Origin: Candidatus Poseidoniales archaeon
Lineage (GTDB): Archaea > Thermoplasmatota > Poseidoniia > Poseidoniales > Poseidoniaceae
DNA length: 64,000 bases
Direction: 5' to 3'
NCBI GenBank assembly: GCA_003602645.1
Contig: QQSI01000040.1
Coordinates: 4,152 to 68,151 of the forward strand
The position numbers were made by a program, and so were the translations under genes. The notes beneath the pieces were generated by a model. That model saw only the letters and a list, made by a program, of their open reading frames with translations, was not told where the DNA came from and made no database searches. This document shows, in pieces, positions 26,568-37,042 of this stretch (its first letter is position 1; each line of letters opens with the position of its first letter).

Positions 26568-28118
26568 TCATCGAGGAATACGACCGTTTTCCGCTTCAAT
26601 CCGTGCTAACCATGCTCCATCTGACAATGCAGTGGCGATGTTGATGAGTTCTCTACTTGTGCTGCGATCACCAGTGAGGGGCTTTGCTAGCGTGCGCACG
26701 CGTTGCTTCAGACTTGCAACATATGTGGAAGGCTCAAGCGACTCAAATTCCAATGCTTCGCATGCAACCAACAGTTCACAGGCCAATACTTCTGAGAATC
26801 GTTGTGTGGCTTGAAGCAGGTTCCATGCGGCGGTAGCACCCATGCTGACATGGTCTTCTTGTCCAGCCGAAGTACTGGTGGAAAAGGCGGCTCGCGGACT
26901 TGCATGTCCATGGAGTTCCGCCAGGGATGCTCCGGCCACATACTGGACAATCATCAAACCAGATTCCAACCCCGAGTTCTTTGCCAAAAAAGCAGGCAAT
27001 TCACTGCGCGCTGGGTCGAGCATTTGGTCAATCCTACGTTCAGAAATTGAGCCGAGTTCAAACAAGGCAGCAGACATGGAATCTGCTGTTAATGCGATCA
27101 CCTCTCCATGAAAATTCCCTTGTGAAATGACTTCGTGCGGGCCCGGGTTCTTTGGGTCGGGGAAAATAAGGGGATTGTCGGTGGCGCTGTTCAATTCAAT
27201 CGTAATGGTTTCTAGCATGGAACTGTATTTTTGCAAGACGGCTCCATGAACTTGAGGGGCACATCGAAATGAATACGCATCTTGGACTCGTTCACAATTG
27301 GCGTGTGAGGCAAGAATTTGAGAATTCATCATGAAGGTCCGAATTCTCTTGGCAACAAGGCTTTGTCCAGGATGTGGTCTTGCATCGTGTACACGTGGGT
27401 CCGAGGGTTGAACACTTGCTTTTCTGGCCTCCATCGATGTGCAAAGGATGAGGTCTGCGAGTGGGAGCAGTGAAGAGAGTTTTCGCTCGGCAAGGGTCAT
27501 GAAGGCCAACATTTGACTTGTCCCATTGATCAATGATAATCCGTCCTTAGCACCCAATCGAACACCTATGAGTCCGTGTTCTCTGAGCACAGCCTCGGTG
27601 GGTGTTGGCGCTCCATCTTGGTCGAGAACATAGCCTTCCCCGAGCAATGCTAGCGCCATGTGAGAGAGTGGTGCTAAATCTCCACTTGCACCAAGACTTC
27701 CAATTCGCGGCACATGAGGAATGATGTCCTTATTGAGAAAATCAACGAGTTGCTCCACAACCTTTGGATGGACGCCTGAGTGGCCTTTGACAAGGGAATT
27801 TATTCGAACAGCCATCATCGCGCGAACGGCATGTTTTGGCATTGGTTCACCGAGGCCAGTGGCGTGTGAACGAACTAAATTGGTTTGCAATTGGGCCAAA
27901 TCATCGGGAGAGATTCGTTCATGAACCAAGGCACCAAATCCTGTATTGATGCCGTAAACCGTTTCCCCACGGCTCAATATTCCATCCACAACAGAGCGAG
28001 CAGCGTGTACATTTTGCCATGCATCTTCTGAAACAGCTACATCGGCATGGTTTGATGCGATCCGCTCAACTTCAGCGGGAGTAAGGGTTGTGCCATCAAA
28101 GTGAATTGTGTTTCTCAT
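26568..28118 (-). CDS. hutH: Histidine ammonia-lyase
   Basis: GSLGASGDLAPLSHMALALLGEG contains the Ala-Ser-Gly MIO-forming triad; aromatic ammonia-lyase family length; ATGA overlap with hutU. Confidence 0.9.
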   Translation of the reverse strand: MRNTIHFDGTTLTPAEVERIASNHADVAVSEDAWQNVHAARSVVDGILSRGETVYGINTGFGALVHERISPDDLAQLQTNLVRSHATGLGEPMPKHAVRAMMAVRINSLVKGHSGVHPKVVEQLVDFLNKDIIPHVPRIGSLGASGDLAPLSHMALALLGEGYVLDQDGAPTPTEAVLREHGLIGVRLGAKDGLSLINGTSQMLAFMTLAERKLSSLLPLADLILCTSMEARKASVQPSDPRVHDARPHPGQSLVAKRIRTFMMNSQILASHANCERVQDAYSFRCAPQVHGAVLQKYSSMLETITIELNSATDNPLIFPDPKNPGPHEVISQGNFHGEVIALTADSMSAALFELGSISERRIDQMLDPARSELPAFLAKNSGLESGLMIVQYVAGASLAELHGHASPRAAFSTSTSAGQEDHVSMGATAAWNLLQATQRFSEVLACELLVACEALEFESLEPSTYVASLKQRVRTLAKPLTGDRSTSRELINIATALSDGAWLARIEAENGRIPR

Positions 28119-30208
28119 GGTTCATCACCGTCTGGAAAAAGAGAATCGAGGAGTTGAGAATCTGTCGAGTGCGGAAGTGTGATGTTGAGCCTTTTCTCAG
28201 CCTTCATTGCCCTTTTTATGGCGAATTTTGCGCCATCATTACGAGCCCAAGCCCTTCTTGCCACACCATTGTTGACGTCCCAATGAAGCATTGATTGAAG
28301 CTTTTCCTCACACTCATTGCTTCCATCAAGTAACATACCAAACCCACCGTTCATTACTTGGCCCCAACCTACACCTCCTCCATTGTGAAGACTGACCCAA
28401 GTTGCGCCTCGGAAAGCATCACCGACAAAATTCTGAACAGCCATGTCTGCGGTCCACATGGATCCGTCTCGGATGTTTGCAGTTTCTCGATAAGGACTGT
28501 CCGTTCCTGAAACATCATGATGGTCGCGACCTAACACAACGGGGCCAGAAAGTTCGCCGTTTCGAATGGCTTGATTCATCGCAGAAGCGATTTTCCTCCG
28601 GCCTTCATCATCTGCATAGAGAATGCGTGCTTGGGAACCAACCACCATTTGATTTTGGCCTGCCTCCTTAATCCACCGAATGTTGTCCCTCATTTGTTGT
28701 GTGATTTCTGAAGGTGATGTATCCATCATGGATTCAAGCACTTCCATTGCAATCTGATCCGTCTTTTTCAGATCATCTGGATCGCCCGAACAACACACCC
28801 ATCGATAAGGACCAAACCCATAATCGAAACACATTGGTCCCATGATATCTTCAACGTAACTTGGATACCTAAAACTTCCATCACTGTTGAGCACGTCAGC
28901 CCCAGCTCTACTAGCTTCAAGCAAGAAGGCATTCCCATAATCCCAGAAATACATGCCTTGTTCTGACATGTGATTGATAGCATCGGCGTGTCGCACAAGG
29001 GTTTCACGGACTTTATTCTTGAACAATTCAGGATTGTTAGAAAGCATTTCAGCGGCTTCGGCGTAAGGCATTCCTACGGGGAAATATCCTCCTTGGAATG
29101 GATTGTGAAGGCTTGTTTGATCTGATCCAAGGTCAACTCGAACATTTCTTTCTACCAGTCGTTCCCAAAGTGCGACGATGTTGCCAACGTAGCCAATGGA
29201 TATTGCTTGACGGTTGGCAGCGCATTCAACCATCCGATCTATGGCAACATCGATGTCCTCGGTGACCTCGGTTAACCAGCCCTGATGGTGACGCTTGTAT
29301 GCTGCATGTGCGTTGGATTCCGCCACAATACACGACGCACCGGCAATGACCGCTGCCTTTGCTTGTGCACCTGACATGCCTCCGAGACCTGATGTGACGA
29401 AGGTAACACCTTCCAGACCCGACTCGCCAGATAGACCCAAATGCGCTCTTGCAGCGTTAAGGAGTGTGATGGTCGTACCATGGACAATACCTTGTGGGCC
29501 AATGTACATGTAAGACCCTGCCGTCATCTGACCATATTGTGTGACGCCGAGTGCGTTGAGGCGTTCGTAATTCTCAGGTGTCGACTCACTAGGAATCATC
29601 ATTCCATTGGTGACAATCACTCGCGGTGCATTGATATTGGAAGGAAAAAGCCCCATTGGATGGCCAGAATACATCACCAGCGTTTGATCATCGTTCATGA
29701 TTGAAAGGTACTGCATGGTCAACCTGTATTGAGCCCAATTTTGGAACACCGAACCGTTCCCACCATAGGTGATGAGTTCATGTGGGAATTGAGCAACTGC
29801 AGGGTCCAAATTATTCTGAATCATGAGCATGATTGATGCGGCATGAATCGATTTCGCGGGGTAGGCATCGATTGGATGGGCTTTCATTTCGTATTCAGTG
29901 GGACGGAACCTCCACATGATAATACGCCCAAATGTGTTCAATTCATCTGCAAACTCAGGTCCAAGAATAGCGTGGTGTTTTTCATCGAAGTAACGCAACG
30001 CATTTTCCAGTGCTAATTTTTTTTCTTGACGGGAAAGAACTTGACGTCTTTTAGGGGCCATATCGACGTTTGGATCAATGCCCGGGTGAGCAGGGAGGGT
30101 GTCGGGGATTCCCTCTGCTATATGCGCTCTTAACCCACTCACATCAGCGCCCATGTTTGGTTCAAACCACGCCTTGTCCTTGAGCGTTCGTATTGGGCTT
30201 TTTCGCAT
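28115..30208 (-). CDS. hutU: Urocanate hydratase (long, eukaryote-like form)
   Basis: Full-length urocanase similarity incl. GLGGMSGAQAKAAVIAGASCIVAE NAD-binding region and GTTITLLNAARAHLG; ~698 aa; ATG at 30208. Confidence 0.9.
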   Translation of the reverse strand: MRKSPIRTLKDKAWFEPNMGADVSGLRAHIAEGIPDTLPAHPGIDPNVDMAPKRRQVLSRQEKKLALENALRYFDEKHHAILGPEFADELNTFGRIIMWRFRPTEYEMKAHPIDAYPAKSIHAASIMLMIQNNLDPAVAQFPHELITYGGNGSVFQNWAQYRLTMQYLSIMNDDQTLVMYSGHPMGLFPSNINAPRVIVTNGMMIPSESTPENYERLNALGVTQYGQMTAGSYMYIGPQGIVHGTTITLLNAARAHLGLSGESGLEGVTFVTSGLGGMSGAQAKAAVIAGASCIVAESNAHAAYKRHHQGWLTEVTEDIDVAIDRMVECAANRQAISIGYVGNIVALWERLVERNVRVDLGSDQTSLHNPFQGGYFPVGMPYAEAAEMLSNNPELFKNKVRETLVRHADAINHMSEQGMYFWDYGNAFLLEASRAGADVLNSDGSFRYPSYVEDIMGPMCFDYGFGPYRWVCCSGDPDDLKKTDQIAMEVLESMMDTSPSEITQQMRDNIRWIKEAGQNQMVVGSQARILYADDEGRRKIASAMNQAIRNGELSGPVVLGRDHHDVSGTDSPYRETANIRDGSMWTADMAVQNFVGDAFRGATWVSLHNGGGVGWGQVMNGGFGMLLDGSNECEEKLQSMLHWDVNNGVARRAWARNDGAKFAIKRAMKAEKRLNITLPHSTDSQLLDSLFPDGDEP

Positions 30209-30212
30209 CAAA

Positions 30213-31454
30213 TCATGCGCTGCGTGGGTTTGGTCGCCACAAAGAGAAGAATGCCCCTGAGATCATCATCATCACGGAGAAGATCAAAAATCCATTTTTG
30301 AGTGTAAAATATTGTTCCTCCAACAGATAACCCGCTGTGGCACTGGATAACGAGAACGCTAATGACATCAAGAGCATGTCCATCGAAAACACTCGGCCGC
30401 GTACTTCATCCTCAACCCATTTCTGAGTCAGAATGGTTGACAACACCCAATTTGCTCCGGAAGCTGCATGAGCGAGCATCACAAGTGAGATCGTCAAGAA
30501 AAGACTCACGCCAAGCGTCCATCCGACGAGAAAATAGAACGCACCAGAAAGCATCACCAACAAACCGACCATAACAGGCCAGCGCTCTTCATTGGTGAGC
30601 AAGGCTCTTGCTGCAATTGGCCCAATTCCTGTGCCTACTCCGCGGGCGAAGAAAAAGATACCAAACCCTAGAGCCATACCAAAGCCGTCAATGTCTGAAC
30701 CTGCCACAACAAGGAATACGCCGGCCAAACCTCCACCTGCTATGTTCCATGAAGATTTTGCGAAGACGATGCGCAGAAGTCTTTTTTCACCGATAATACG
30801 TTTCCAACCTTTCTTGATGTTGGTAAAAGCAGTGGCCAGTAGTGGTCCTTTCATTTCATTTCCAATGGTCTGGGGGATGCTCAGATTTCTAAGCAGATAT
30901 GCCCCAAAGGCGAATGTGACTGCATCGATGATGAAGGCTGCATCTGTGCCCCAAATTTCGACCACAATGCCTCCAAGCATTGCACCTAAGCAGAGGGCTG
31001 TTGACCAACTCGCCGCATCTAATGCATTGGCTGTAGCGAGATGTTCAGCAGGAACAATGTTAGGCAATGCTGCCCGTTCTGCCGTCACATACATCCCATG
31101 CATAATCATCATCGCTCCAGTGAGAACGTAGATCCAAACAATGTGATTTTTTCCATCGATGAGCAGGAAACTTAACGCTAAGCCAACCTGGAGAATGTTT
31201 GTCCAAACCATAATCGTTTTTCGATTTAAGCGATCGGCCAAAAGACCACCAAATGGTTGGAATGCAGCAAAACACAGCATCCTCATCGTGAACAGAAGGC
31301 CGAGGAGAAATTCAGATTCGGTGTATTCGAAAATCAGAAGGAAAAGGGCAATCGTGTTGAACCACTCCCCTAGCATAGAGATGACTGAAGCAGACCATAA
31401 GCGCCTGAATGCGTGGTTGGTCCTGATCAACTCCAGGTAACCGATTTGAGTCAT
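30213..31454 (-). CDS. MFS transporter
   Basis: 12 predicted TM helices, MFS loop motif GLLADRLNRK between TM2 and TM3; ATGA overlap with upstream gene. Confidence 0.8.
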   Translation of the reverse strand: MTQIGYLELIRTNHAFRRLWSASVISMLGEWFNTIALFLLIFEYTESEFLLGLLFTMRMLCFAAFQPFGGLLADRLNRKTIMVWTNILQVGLALSFLLIDGKNHIVWIYVLTGAMMIMHGMYVTAERAALPNIVPAEHLATANALDAASWSTALCLGAMLGGIVVEIWGTDAAFIIDAVTFAFGAYLLRNLSIPQTIGNEMKGPLLATAFTNIKKGWKRIIGEKRLLRIVFAKSSWNIAGGGLAGVFLVVAGSDIDGFGMALGFGIFFFARGVGTGIGPIAARALLTNEERWPVMVGLLVMLSGAFYFLVGWTLGVSLFLTISLVMLAHAASGANWVLSTILTQKWVEDEVRGRVFSMDMLLMSLAFSLSSATAGYLLEEQYFTLKNGFLIFSVMMMISGAFFSLWRPNPRSA

Positions 31455-33748
31455 TCTTCTTCATGCCCCATGTTCACCTTGGTCTGAGCATGGATGGAAA
31501 CCGTGATCCATTTTGACGTAGGTGTGTTCGATACTTCAGCGGTTGATTCCAGAGGAACAATGCTGTTGGCTTCAGGGAAATAACTAGCCACGTTTCCCCG
31601 TGGGATGTCATAAGCGACAAGTTGCCAGCCGTTTGATGAGCGTTGTTGACCATTAAAATGACTTGTGAGGCGTATTTTTTGACGGTTTTTCCAACCACGC
31701 TCCACCATGTCCAGCGCATTCATTAACACCACACGACGGTTTCCATGTATGCCCCTGTAACGGTCGTGGACATCGTAGATTGTGGTGTTATACTGATCGT
31801 GTGAACGCATGGTCATCATGGTGTAGCAGTCTTCGGGAATGCTAAGGTTGGGCAATGAATGTGTGGTAAAGTGTGCTTTTCCATCGAATGTTGAGAACGA
31901 ACGGGTGTCACGTGGTGGATTTGGTAAGGCGAATCCATTTTCTTTGGAAACGCGTGTGTTGTAGTTTTCAAAGCCGGCTAAACTTTTGCTCATTAAGTCC
32001 CGGATTAAATTGTAATTACCTGCGAGTTTCATCCAATCAATAGGGCTTGATTCGATCGATCTATTCGCCATTTTTGCTACAATCATCGGTTCGCTAAGCA
32101 ACGATGTTGCCGCTGGAGGAAGCCCACCTACTGAGCGGTGAACGACGCCCATTGAATTTTCAACAGTGACAAACTGCTTCCCACTTTCTTGCATGTCCAA
32201 TTCAGTCCGTCCTAGGCATGGCAGAATCAAAGCGGATTTGCCAGTAATGAGGTGCGAGCGGTTAAGTTTTGTCGAAACTTGCACGGTCAAATTGACCTTT
32301 CTCAAACCATCTGCAGTAACATTGGTGTCAGGTGTTGCAGACAAGAAATTACCACCCATGCAGAAAAATAGATCGACACGGTTATCCACCATTGCTTTGA
32401 TAGCGTTGACAACATCATATCCGTGCTCTCGCGGCATGGGAATGCCGAGACCTCGTTCCATTCGATCAAGGAATTGTTCTGATGGCGCCTCCCAAATGCC
32501 TACTGTCCGGTCGCCTTGCACGTTCGAGTGTCCTCGTACGGGGCAAAATCCTGCGCCCGGACGACCTACGTGCCCACCCATGAGCAGCAAATTGACAACC
32601 TCTTGGATGACGGCAACACCATTGGGTTGCTGAGTGAGCCCCATCGCCCAGCATGCAATGGTTGCGTTCGACCGAGCAAGCAAGCGACCAACCGTTACAA
32701 TCTCTTCTTTTGAAATTCCGCTGTCCCTGACAATGGAATCCCAAGGTGTGCTTTTTGCCATCGATGCCATTGATTCATATCCGCTTGTCGATGATGCAAT
32801 GAATGCATCATCCAATCTACCTTGCTCGATATGGACTTTGATGAAACCCTTCAACAAAGCGGCATCTCCACCGATTCGCACCTGTAGATGATGGTCCGAG
32901 AGTTGAGTTGATTTGAAATCGAGTTTCATGTAATCTTGTGGATGCTTAAAACGCTCTAAACCAGCTTCAGGAAGCGGATTGATGTTGATGATTGTAGATC
33001 CATTATGCTTTGCATCTCGTAGAGCTGTGAGCATCCGCGGGTGATTTGTACCGGGGTTCTGACCGATAACAAGGATCACTTCAGATGAATTGAAATCCTC
33101 GAGGGTGACTGTTCCTTTCCCTATACCAATGGTTTGACCAAGCCCTTTCCCACTTGATTCATGACACATGTTGGAGCAATCTGGCATATTATTGGTCCCC
33201 AATGAACGAACAAATGCTTGGTAAAGAAAAGCTGCTTCATTGGATGTTCTTCCCGATGTGTAAAAAACGGCGCGTTCTGGTTTTGATAGGGATTTGAGTT
33301 GTTGTGCAATTCGGTCAAATGCATTATCCCAAGAAATTTCCTTGTAATGCGATGCTCCTTCCTCAAGCACCACCGGGTGCGAAATTCGTCCTTGCTTATT
33401 GAGCCAATGATCGCTCTTTTTTGCCAAAGACTGAACGCTGTGTTTTGAAAAAAATTCTGGAGTGACCCTTGCTTTCATTGCCTCATCAGCGACTGCTTTC
33501 GCTCCATTTTCGCAGAATTCAAAGGTTGTTCTGTGCTCGGGGTCGGGCCATGCACAACCTGGGCAATCGAATCCATCTTGCTGATTGACCATGGTGAGGG
33601 TTTTGACAGTTTTTACAAGGCCCATTTTTGTGACGCCGTGTTTCATCGATGAAACCGCTGCAGGTATTCCTGCTGCTAATTTTTTGGGTTTTCCAAGACG
33701 AAGACTGAGCCGATCTTCCGGAGTTTCTGGTGAAATCGGTGACCTCAT
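31451..33748 (-). CDS. Molybdopterin oxidoreductase, formate-dehydrogenase-alpha-like (YdeP/FdhF-related)
   Basis: N-terminal QQDGFDCPGCAWPDPEHRTTFEFCENGAKA motif characteristic of YdeP-type Mo-bisPGD enzymes; ~765 aa; followed by fdhD. Confidence 0.8.
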   Translation of the reverse strand: MRSPISPETPEDRLSLRLGKPKKLAAGIPAAVSSMKHGVTKMGLVKTVKTLTMVNQQDGFDCPGCAWPDPEHRTTFEFCENGAKAVADEAMKARVTPEFFSKHSVQSLAKKSDHWLNKQGRISHPVVLEEGASHYKEISWDNAFDRIAQQLKSLSKPERAVFYTSGRTSNEAAFLYQAFVRSLGTNNMPDCSNMCHESSGKGLGQTIGIGKGTVTLEDFNSSEVILVIGQNPGTNHPRMLTALRDAKHNGSTIININPLPEAGLERFKHPQDYMKLDFKSTQLSDHHLQVRIGGDAALLKGFIKVHIEQGRLDDAFIASSTSGYESMASMAKSTPWDSIVRDSGISKEEIVTVGRLLARSNATIACWAMGLTQQPNGVAVIQEVVNLLLMGGHVGRPGAGFCPVRGHSNVQGDRTVGIWEAPSEQFLDRMERGLGIPMPREHGYDVVNAIKAMVDNRVDLFFCMGGNFLSATPDTNVTADGLRKVNLTVQVSTKLNRSHLITGKSALILPCLGRTELDMQESGKQFVTVENSMGVVHRSVGGLPPAATSLLSEPMIVAKMANRSIESSPIDWMKLAGNYNLIRDLMSKSLAGFENYNTRVSKENGFALPNPPRDTRSFSTFDGKAHFTTHSLPNLSIPEDCYTMMTMRSHDQYNTTIYDVHDRYRGIHGNRRVVLMNALDMVERGWKNRQKIRLTSHFNGQQRSSNGWQLVAYDIPRGNVASYFPEANSIVPLESTAEVSNTPTSKWITVSIHAQTKVNMGHEEE

Positions 33749-33784
33749 GACCAAGCCTCATCCATAACGGAAAGACTGGGGTTC

Positions 33785-34582
33785 TCAAGGGTTGTCCTTC
33801 ATTGCCGGTTGTATGTACCCAATTCCTATGCTGCGGTGGGGTTTCACAAAACTGTAAATCCTCATTCCTAAGGCACGAGCCGTCTCTGCTGCAAGGGTTG
33901 AGCAAGCACCAACGCAAGCAATGGTTCCAATTCCAGCCCGGGCCGATTTAGCAACGATGTCCCACCCACATCGGCCAGACAGAAGTAAAACTAGGTTGTT
34001 CATATTTTGGCCCAAAGAAACGCATGTGCCGACTGCTTTGTCCACAGCATTGTGTCGTCCTATATCCTCGCACACAATCGAATCTTTCTCCCCAATCCGA
34101 AATAATCCCGCAGCATGCATGCCGCCGGTTTTTGAAAAACCATGTTGTTTTGCTTTCATAATTTCAAAGGACTGATTGAGCCAACTCAATTCGATGGTTC
34201 TATGACTTCCAGTATAGATTGGTAAGTTGCTTAGGAGATCTTCAACTCCTGGTGAATTGCATGCTCCACATGAAGTTGATACGATTTGCTTTGGTCTTGA
34301 TTTACCAATTTCATTTACGGTAAAATCAATGGCTTGAACGGTATAACCATCGCCTGATACCATAACTTCTATCTCGGCTGCAGGAGAAAGGTCATAGCCT
34401 TCAGTGGTGCAATGCCCAATGAGCAATTCAGGAAGTTGTGTTGGCGTGGCAAGCAACGTAGTGAACACGCCATCTTGGTCCGATAATTTGACTACAGTTT
34501 CCGTCGCAAGGTGATCGGAGGTCAATGCATACCCATCATGTGTCATTGTATGTACGCCAATTTGTTTGAATAGATCATTCAT
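33785..34582 (-). CDS. fdhD: FdhD sulfurtransferase (formate dehydrogenase accessory protein)
   Basis: Family-wide similarity incl. catalytic STSCGACN loop and C-terminal RCGWDIVAKSARAGIGTIACVGACSTLAAETA. Confidence 0.8.
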   Translation of the reverse strand: MNDLFKQIGVHTMTHDGYALTSDHLATETVVKLSDQDGVFTTLLATPTQLPELLIGHCTTEGYDLSPAAEIEVMVSGDGYTVQAIDFTVNEIGKSRPKQIVSTSCGACNSPGVEDLLSNLPIYTGSHRTIELSWLNQSFEIMKAKQHGFSKTGGMHAAGLFRIGEKDSIVCEDIGRHNAVDKAVGTCVSLGQNMNNLVLLLSGRCGWDIVAKSARAGIGTIACVGACSTLAAETARALGMRIYSFVKPHRSIGIGYIQPAMKDNP

Positions 34583-35157
34583 GATTCATCCTCCGATTTT
34601 TTCAAATGGTCTAAATCAAAGAACTCGAATTGTAATGCGACCAATTCTGCGCTGGATTGCGCTGCTGCGTATGCTTCTAATGGCTCTCGATTCAATTCAA
34701 AAAACCGTTCACCCCAACGGAACGCACCTAGGACATCCCGAGCCTGTTCTTCTCTCCCGAGTAGAAATAGTACGGTTGATATCGCTTCAGCGGTCGTGAG
34801 TCGGCCAGGTTTCCCCCAATTGACAGGGTTTGCTGCAAGAAGAAGCGGTAACATGCGCGGTTGAAGCCTTGTTCGCTTCATGACCTGGGCCACGCTCGAC
34901 TCAATGTGCGCCCAACTGCAGTCAAGGCCCACAATCGATCCCCCTTGTTGCAAAATCAATGGGTGATCTTCAGGACCGAAGACTTTGCCGCAAAGAGGCT
35001 CCAGAATGATTCCTTTCCTTGGGAGTGTGTTTATTTTTTTGTGGAGGGTTAAGTCACCACGCCGGGATGCAAGAACTGCAGTGTTCTTCTTTGGATCATC
35101 CTGAGCCAGCCAAAGGGCATGGACGGGCAAATCGATGTTCGAATCAACTGTTTTCAT
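34579..35157 (-). CDS. tsr3: 16S rRNA aminocarboxypropyltransferase Tsr3 (DTW/DUF367)
   Basis: LDCSWAHIE (DxSW) motif and overall Tsr3 similarity; ATG at 35157. Confidence 0.8.
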   Translation of the reverse strand: MKTVDSNIDLPVHALWLAQDDPKKNTAVLASRRGDLTLHKKINTLPRKGIILEPLCGKVFGPEDHPLILQQGGSIVGLDCSWAHIESSVAQVMKRTRLQPRMLPLLLAANPVNWGKPGRLTTAEAISTVLFLLGREEQARDVLGAFRWGERFFELNREPLEAYAAAQSSAELVALQFEFFDLDHLKKSEDES

Positions 35158-35647
35158 TGAAGTAATCACCTAAGGTCATGCCTCTGCTCGATGAACGATC
35201 AAGTTGAGTGGTGGTCTCCTCCGATGCTACGACCCAGAGTGAGATTCCAAGAACACGTTCGAACTTCTTAAGCACGCCATCGGTTGGTCTTTTTCCGGCT
35301 TCGGTTGATTTGATGATGTTGACCGTTTCAGCCATTCTTTTTCCAAGAGTCGCATGATTCCAGCCCTTGTTTTTCCTTGCTTGAGTGATCCTCTTGCCAA
35401 AATCGGATGCGAGTTCCTTTTCAGTCTTCAACATGATGTCCTTGCCTTTCTTGCCGCGTGCAGCGTAGGCCGAATTGTGAGCTGGCCTTGCATGCATTGA
35501 TTGAGCCTTGGCCAAACCTGGAGCCGTTTCCTTGGGGCCCAGGTTCATTCTTTCGATACAACGGGAGCATGCGGCCACTTCAGTCTTCCCTGTTTTTACC
35601 CGGCGAACACTCACTTTCATTGCGCCACACAATTCACAATCTGCCAT
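35144..35647 (-). CDS. mbf1: Multiprotein-bridging factor 1 (archaeal MBF1: N-terminal zinc ribbon + C-terminal XRE HTH)
   Basis: CELCG...CSRC zinc ribbon; HTH region GKRITQARKNKGWNHATLGKRMAETVNIIKSTEAGKRPTDGVLKKFERVLGISL. Confidence 0.8.
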   Translation of the reverse strand: MADCELCGAMKVSVRRVKTGKTEVAACSRCIERMNLGPKETAPGLAKAQSMHARPAHNSAYAARGKKGKDIMLKTEKELASDFGKRITQARKNKGWNHATLGKRMAETVNIIKSTEAGKRPTDGVLKKFERVLGISLWVVASEETTTQLDRSSSRGMTLGDYFNENS

Positions 35648-35733
35648 TTACCTCACTCCCTAGCGCATGGTTCGGTCGACAACCTTTGAAGGCTTCGTCT
35701 TTGATTGCTGCGTGTAAAATCTCCCGGTTTGTT

Positions 35734-35740
35734 CTTATAA
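35734..35740 (+). promoter_or_regulatory. TATA-like box (CTTATAA) upstream of pan
   Basis: A/T box ~20 nt upstream of the first ATG of PAN in a 100-nt divergent intergenic region. Confidence 0.2.
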
Positions 35741-35758
35741 CCTAAGCAAGTGGGTACA

Positions 35759-36988
35759 ATGGTTAGCATGGGTACAGAGGTCGAACAGAATGCTCATTCC
35801 AGGGCACAACCTCATGAAGATGAGATCAAAACCCTTGAACTTGCATACTCTGATTTGCAAGACCAAGCCCAGAATTTGATCAATGAACGCTCCCAATTGG
35901 AAAGCGATATTCGTAACTTGAAGAAAAGAGCTCAGCGGCTCGATGATGAAGTTCGTTTGCTCAAGTCACCTCCGCTGATTATTGGGCATTTACAAGATGT
36001 GTTAGATGACCGTACAGCGATTGTTCGTTCATCAAATGGTACGGTTTTCCAAGTTTCACTTAACCAGCGCCTCGAACCCAAAACCCTCAAGCCTGGCACA
36101 CGGGTTGCCCTAAATCAAGACACACTTGCTGTAATTGAAGTGCTCCATGACGCTTGGGATCCAATGGTCAGTGGGGCTGAAATGGTCACTAAACCCGACA
36201 TTAATTATGATGCGGTTGCGGGACTGGATGAACAAGTAGAGTCTGTTCGAGAAGCGATTGAACTTCCGTTGACATCCCCAGAATTGTTCCACAAGGTTGG
36301 AATCACACCTCCAAAAGGAATTTTGCTTGTAGGGCCACCCGGATGTGGAAAGACCCTCCTCGCAAAAGCCGTTGCCAATCAAACAGATGCGACATTTATC
36401 CGAATGGTCGGGAGCGAATTAGCTCAGAAATACATTGGGGAAGGTGGTCGAATGGTCCGAGAATTGTTTTCCCTCGCTAAAGACAAATCACCTTCAATTA
36501 TCTTCTTGGATGAAATTGATGCAATTGGGGCTAAGCGTTTGGATGGTTCAACCAGTGGTGACCGAGAAGTGCAACGGACCCTCATGCAATTGCTAGCAGA
36601 ATTGGATGGATTTGACGCTTTAGAAGATGTCAAAATTATTGCTGCAACCAACCGGCCCGATATTCTGGATGATGCCCTCCTGCGCCCTGGTCGATTTGAC
36701 AGAATCATTACCATACCTCTCCCGGATGAAAAGGGACGTAAAGCAATCTTATCGTTGCACATATCAGCCATGTCCACAAAAAGAATCAATCTACAACGTA
36801 TTGTCGAAAAAACAGAAGGCTATTCAGGCGCTGAACTCAAAGCAACATGTGTTGAAGCCGGGATGATCGCGATTCGTGATGGTCGTAGTTCAATCACAAA
36901 CGACGATCTTCTTCAAGCAGTCGTTCGGATCAACGAAAAGAAAAGCAATGGAGGCCGCAGCGCATCTCCTGATGCACTCTATTCGTGA
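35759..36988 (+). CDS. pan: Proteasome-activating nucleotidase (AAA+ ATPase)
   Basis: N-terminal coiled coil, GPPGCGKTLLAKAVAN Walker A, IIFLDEIDAI Walker B, second region of homology; archaeal PAN length. Confidence 0.9.
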   Translation: MVSMGTEVEQNAHSRAQPHEDEIKTLELAYSDLQDQAQNLINERSQLESDIRNLKKRAQRLDDEVRLLKSPPLIIGHLQDVLDDRTAIVRSSNGTVFQVSLNQRLEPKTLKPGTRVALNQDTLAVIEVLHDAWDPMVSGAEMVTKPDINYDAVAGLDEQVESVREAIELPLTSPELFHKVGITPPKGILLVGPPGCGKTLLAKAVANQTDATFIRMVGSELAQKYIGEGGRMVRELFSLAKDKSPSIIFLDEIDAIGAKRLDGSTSGDREVQRTLMQLLAELDGFDALEDVKIIAATNRPDILDDALLRPGRFDRIITIPLPDEKGRKAILSLHISAMSTKRINLQRIVEKTEGYSGAELKATCVEAGMIAIRDGRSSITNDDLLQAVVRINEKKSNGGRSASPDALYS

Positions 36989-37042
36989 TTTTATTGCAAA
37001 TTGCAGTGAACATTGAAGGTCCGAGTAGGCTGGACAACAGAC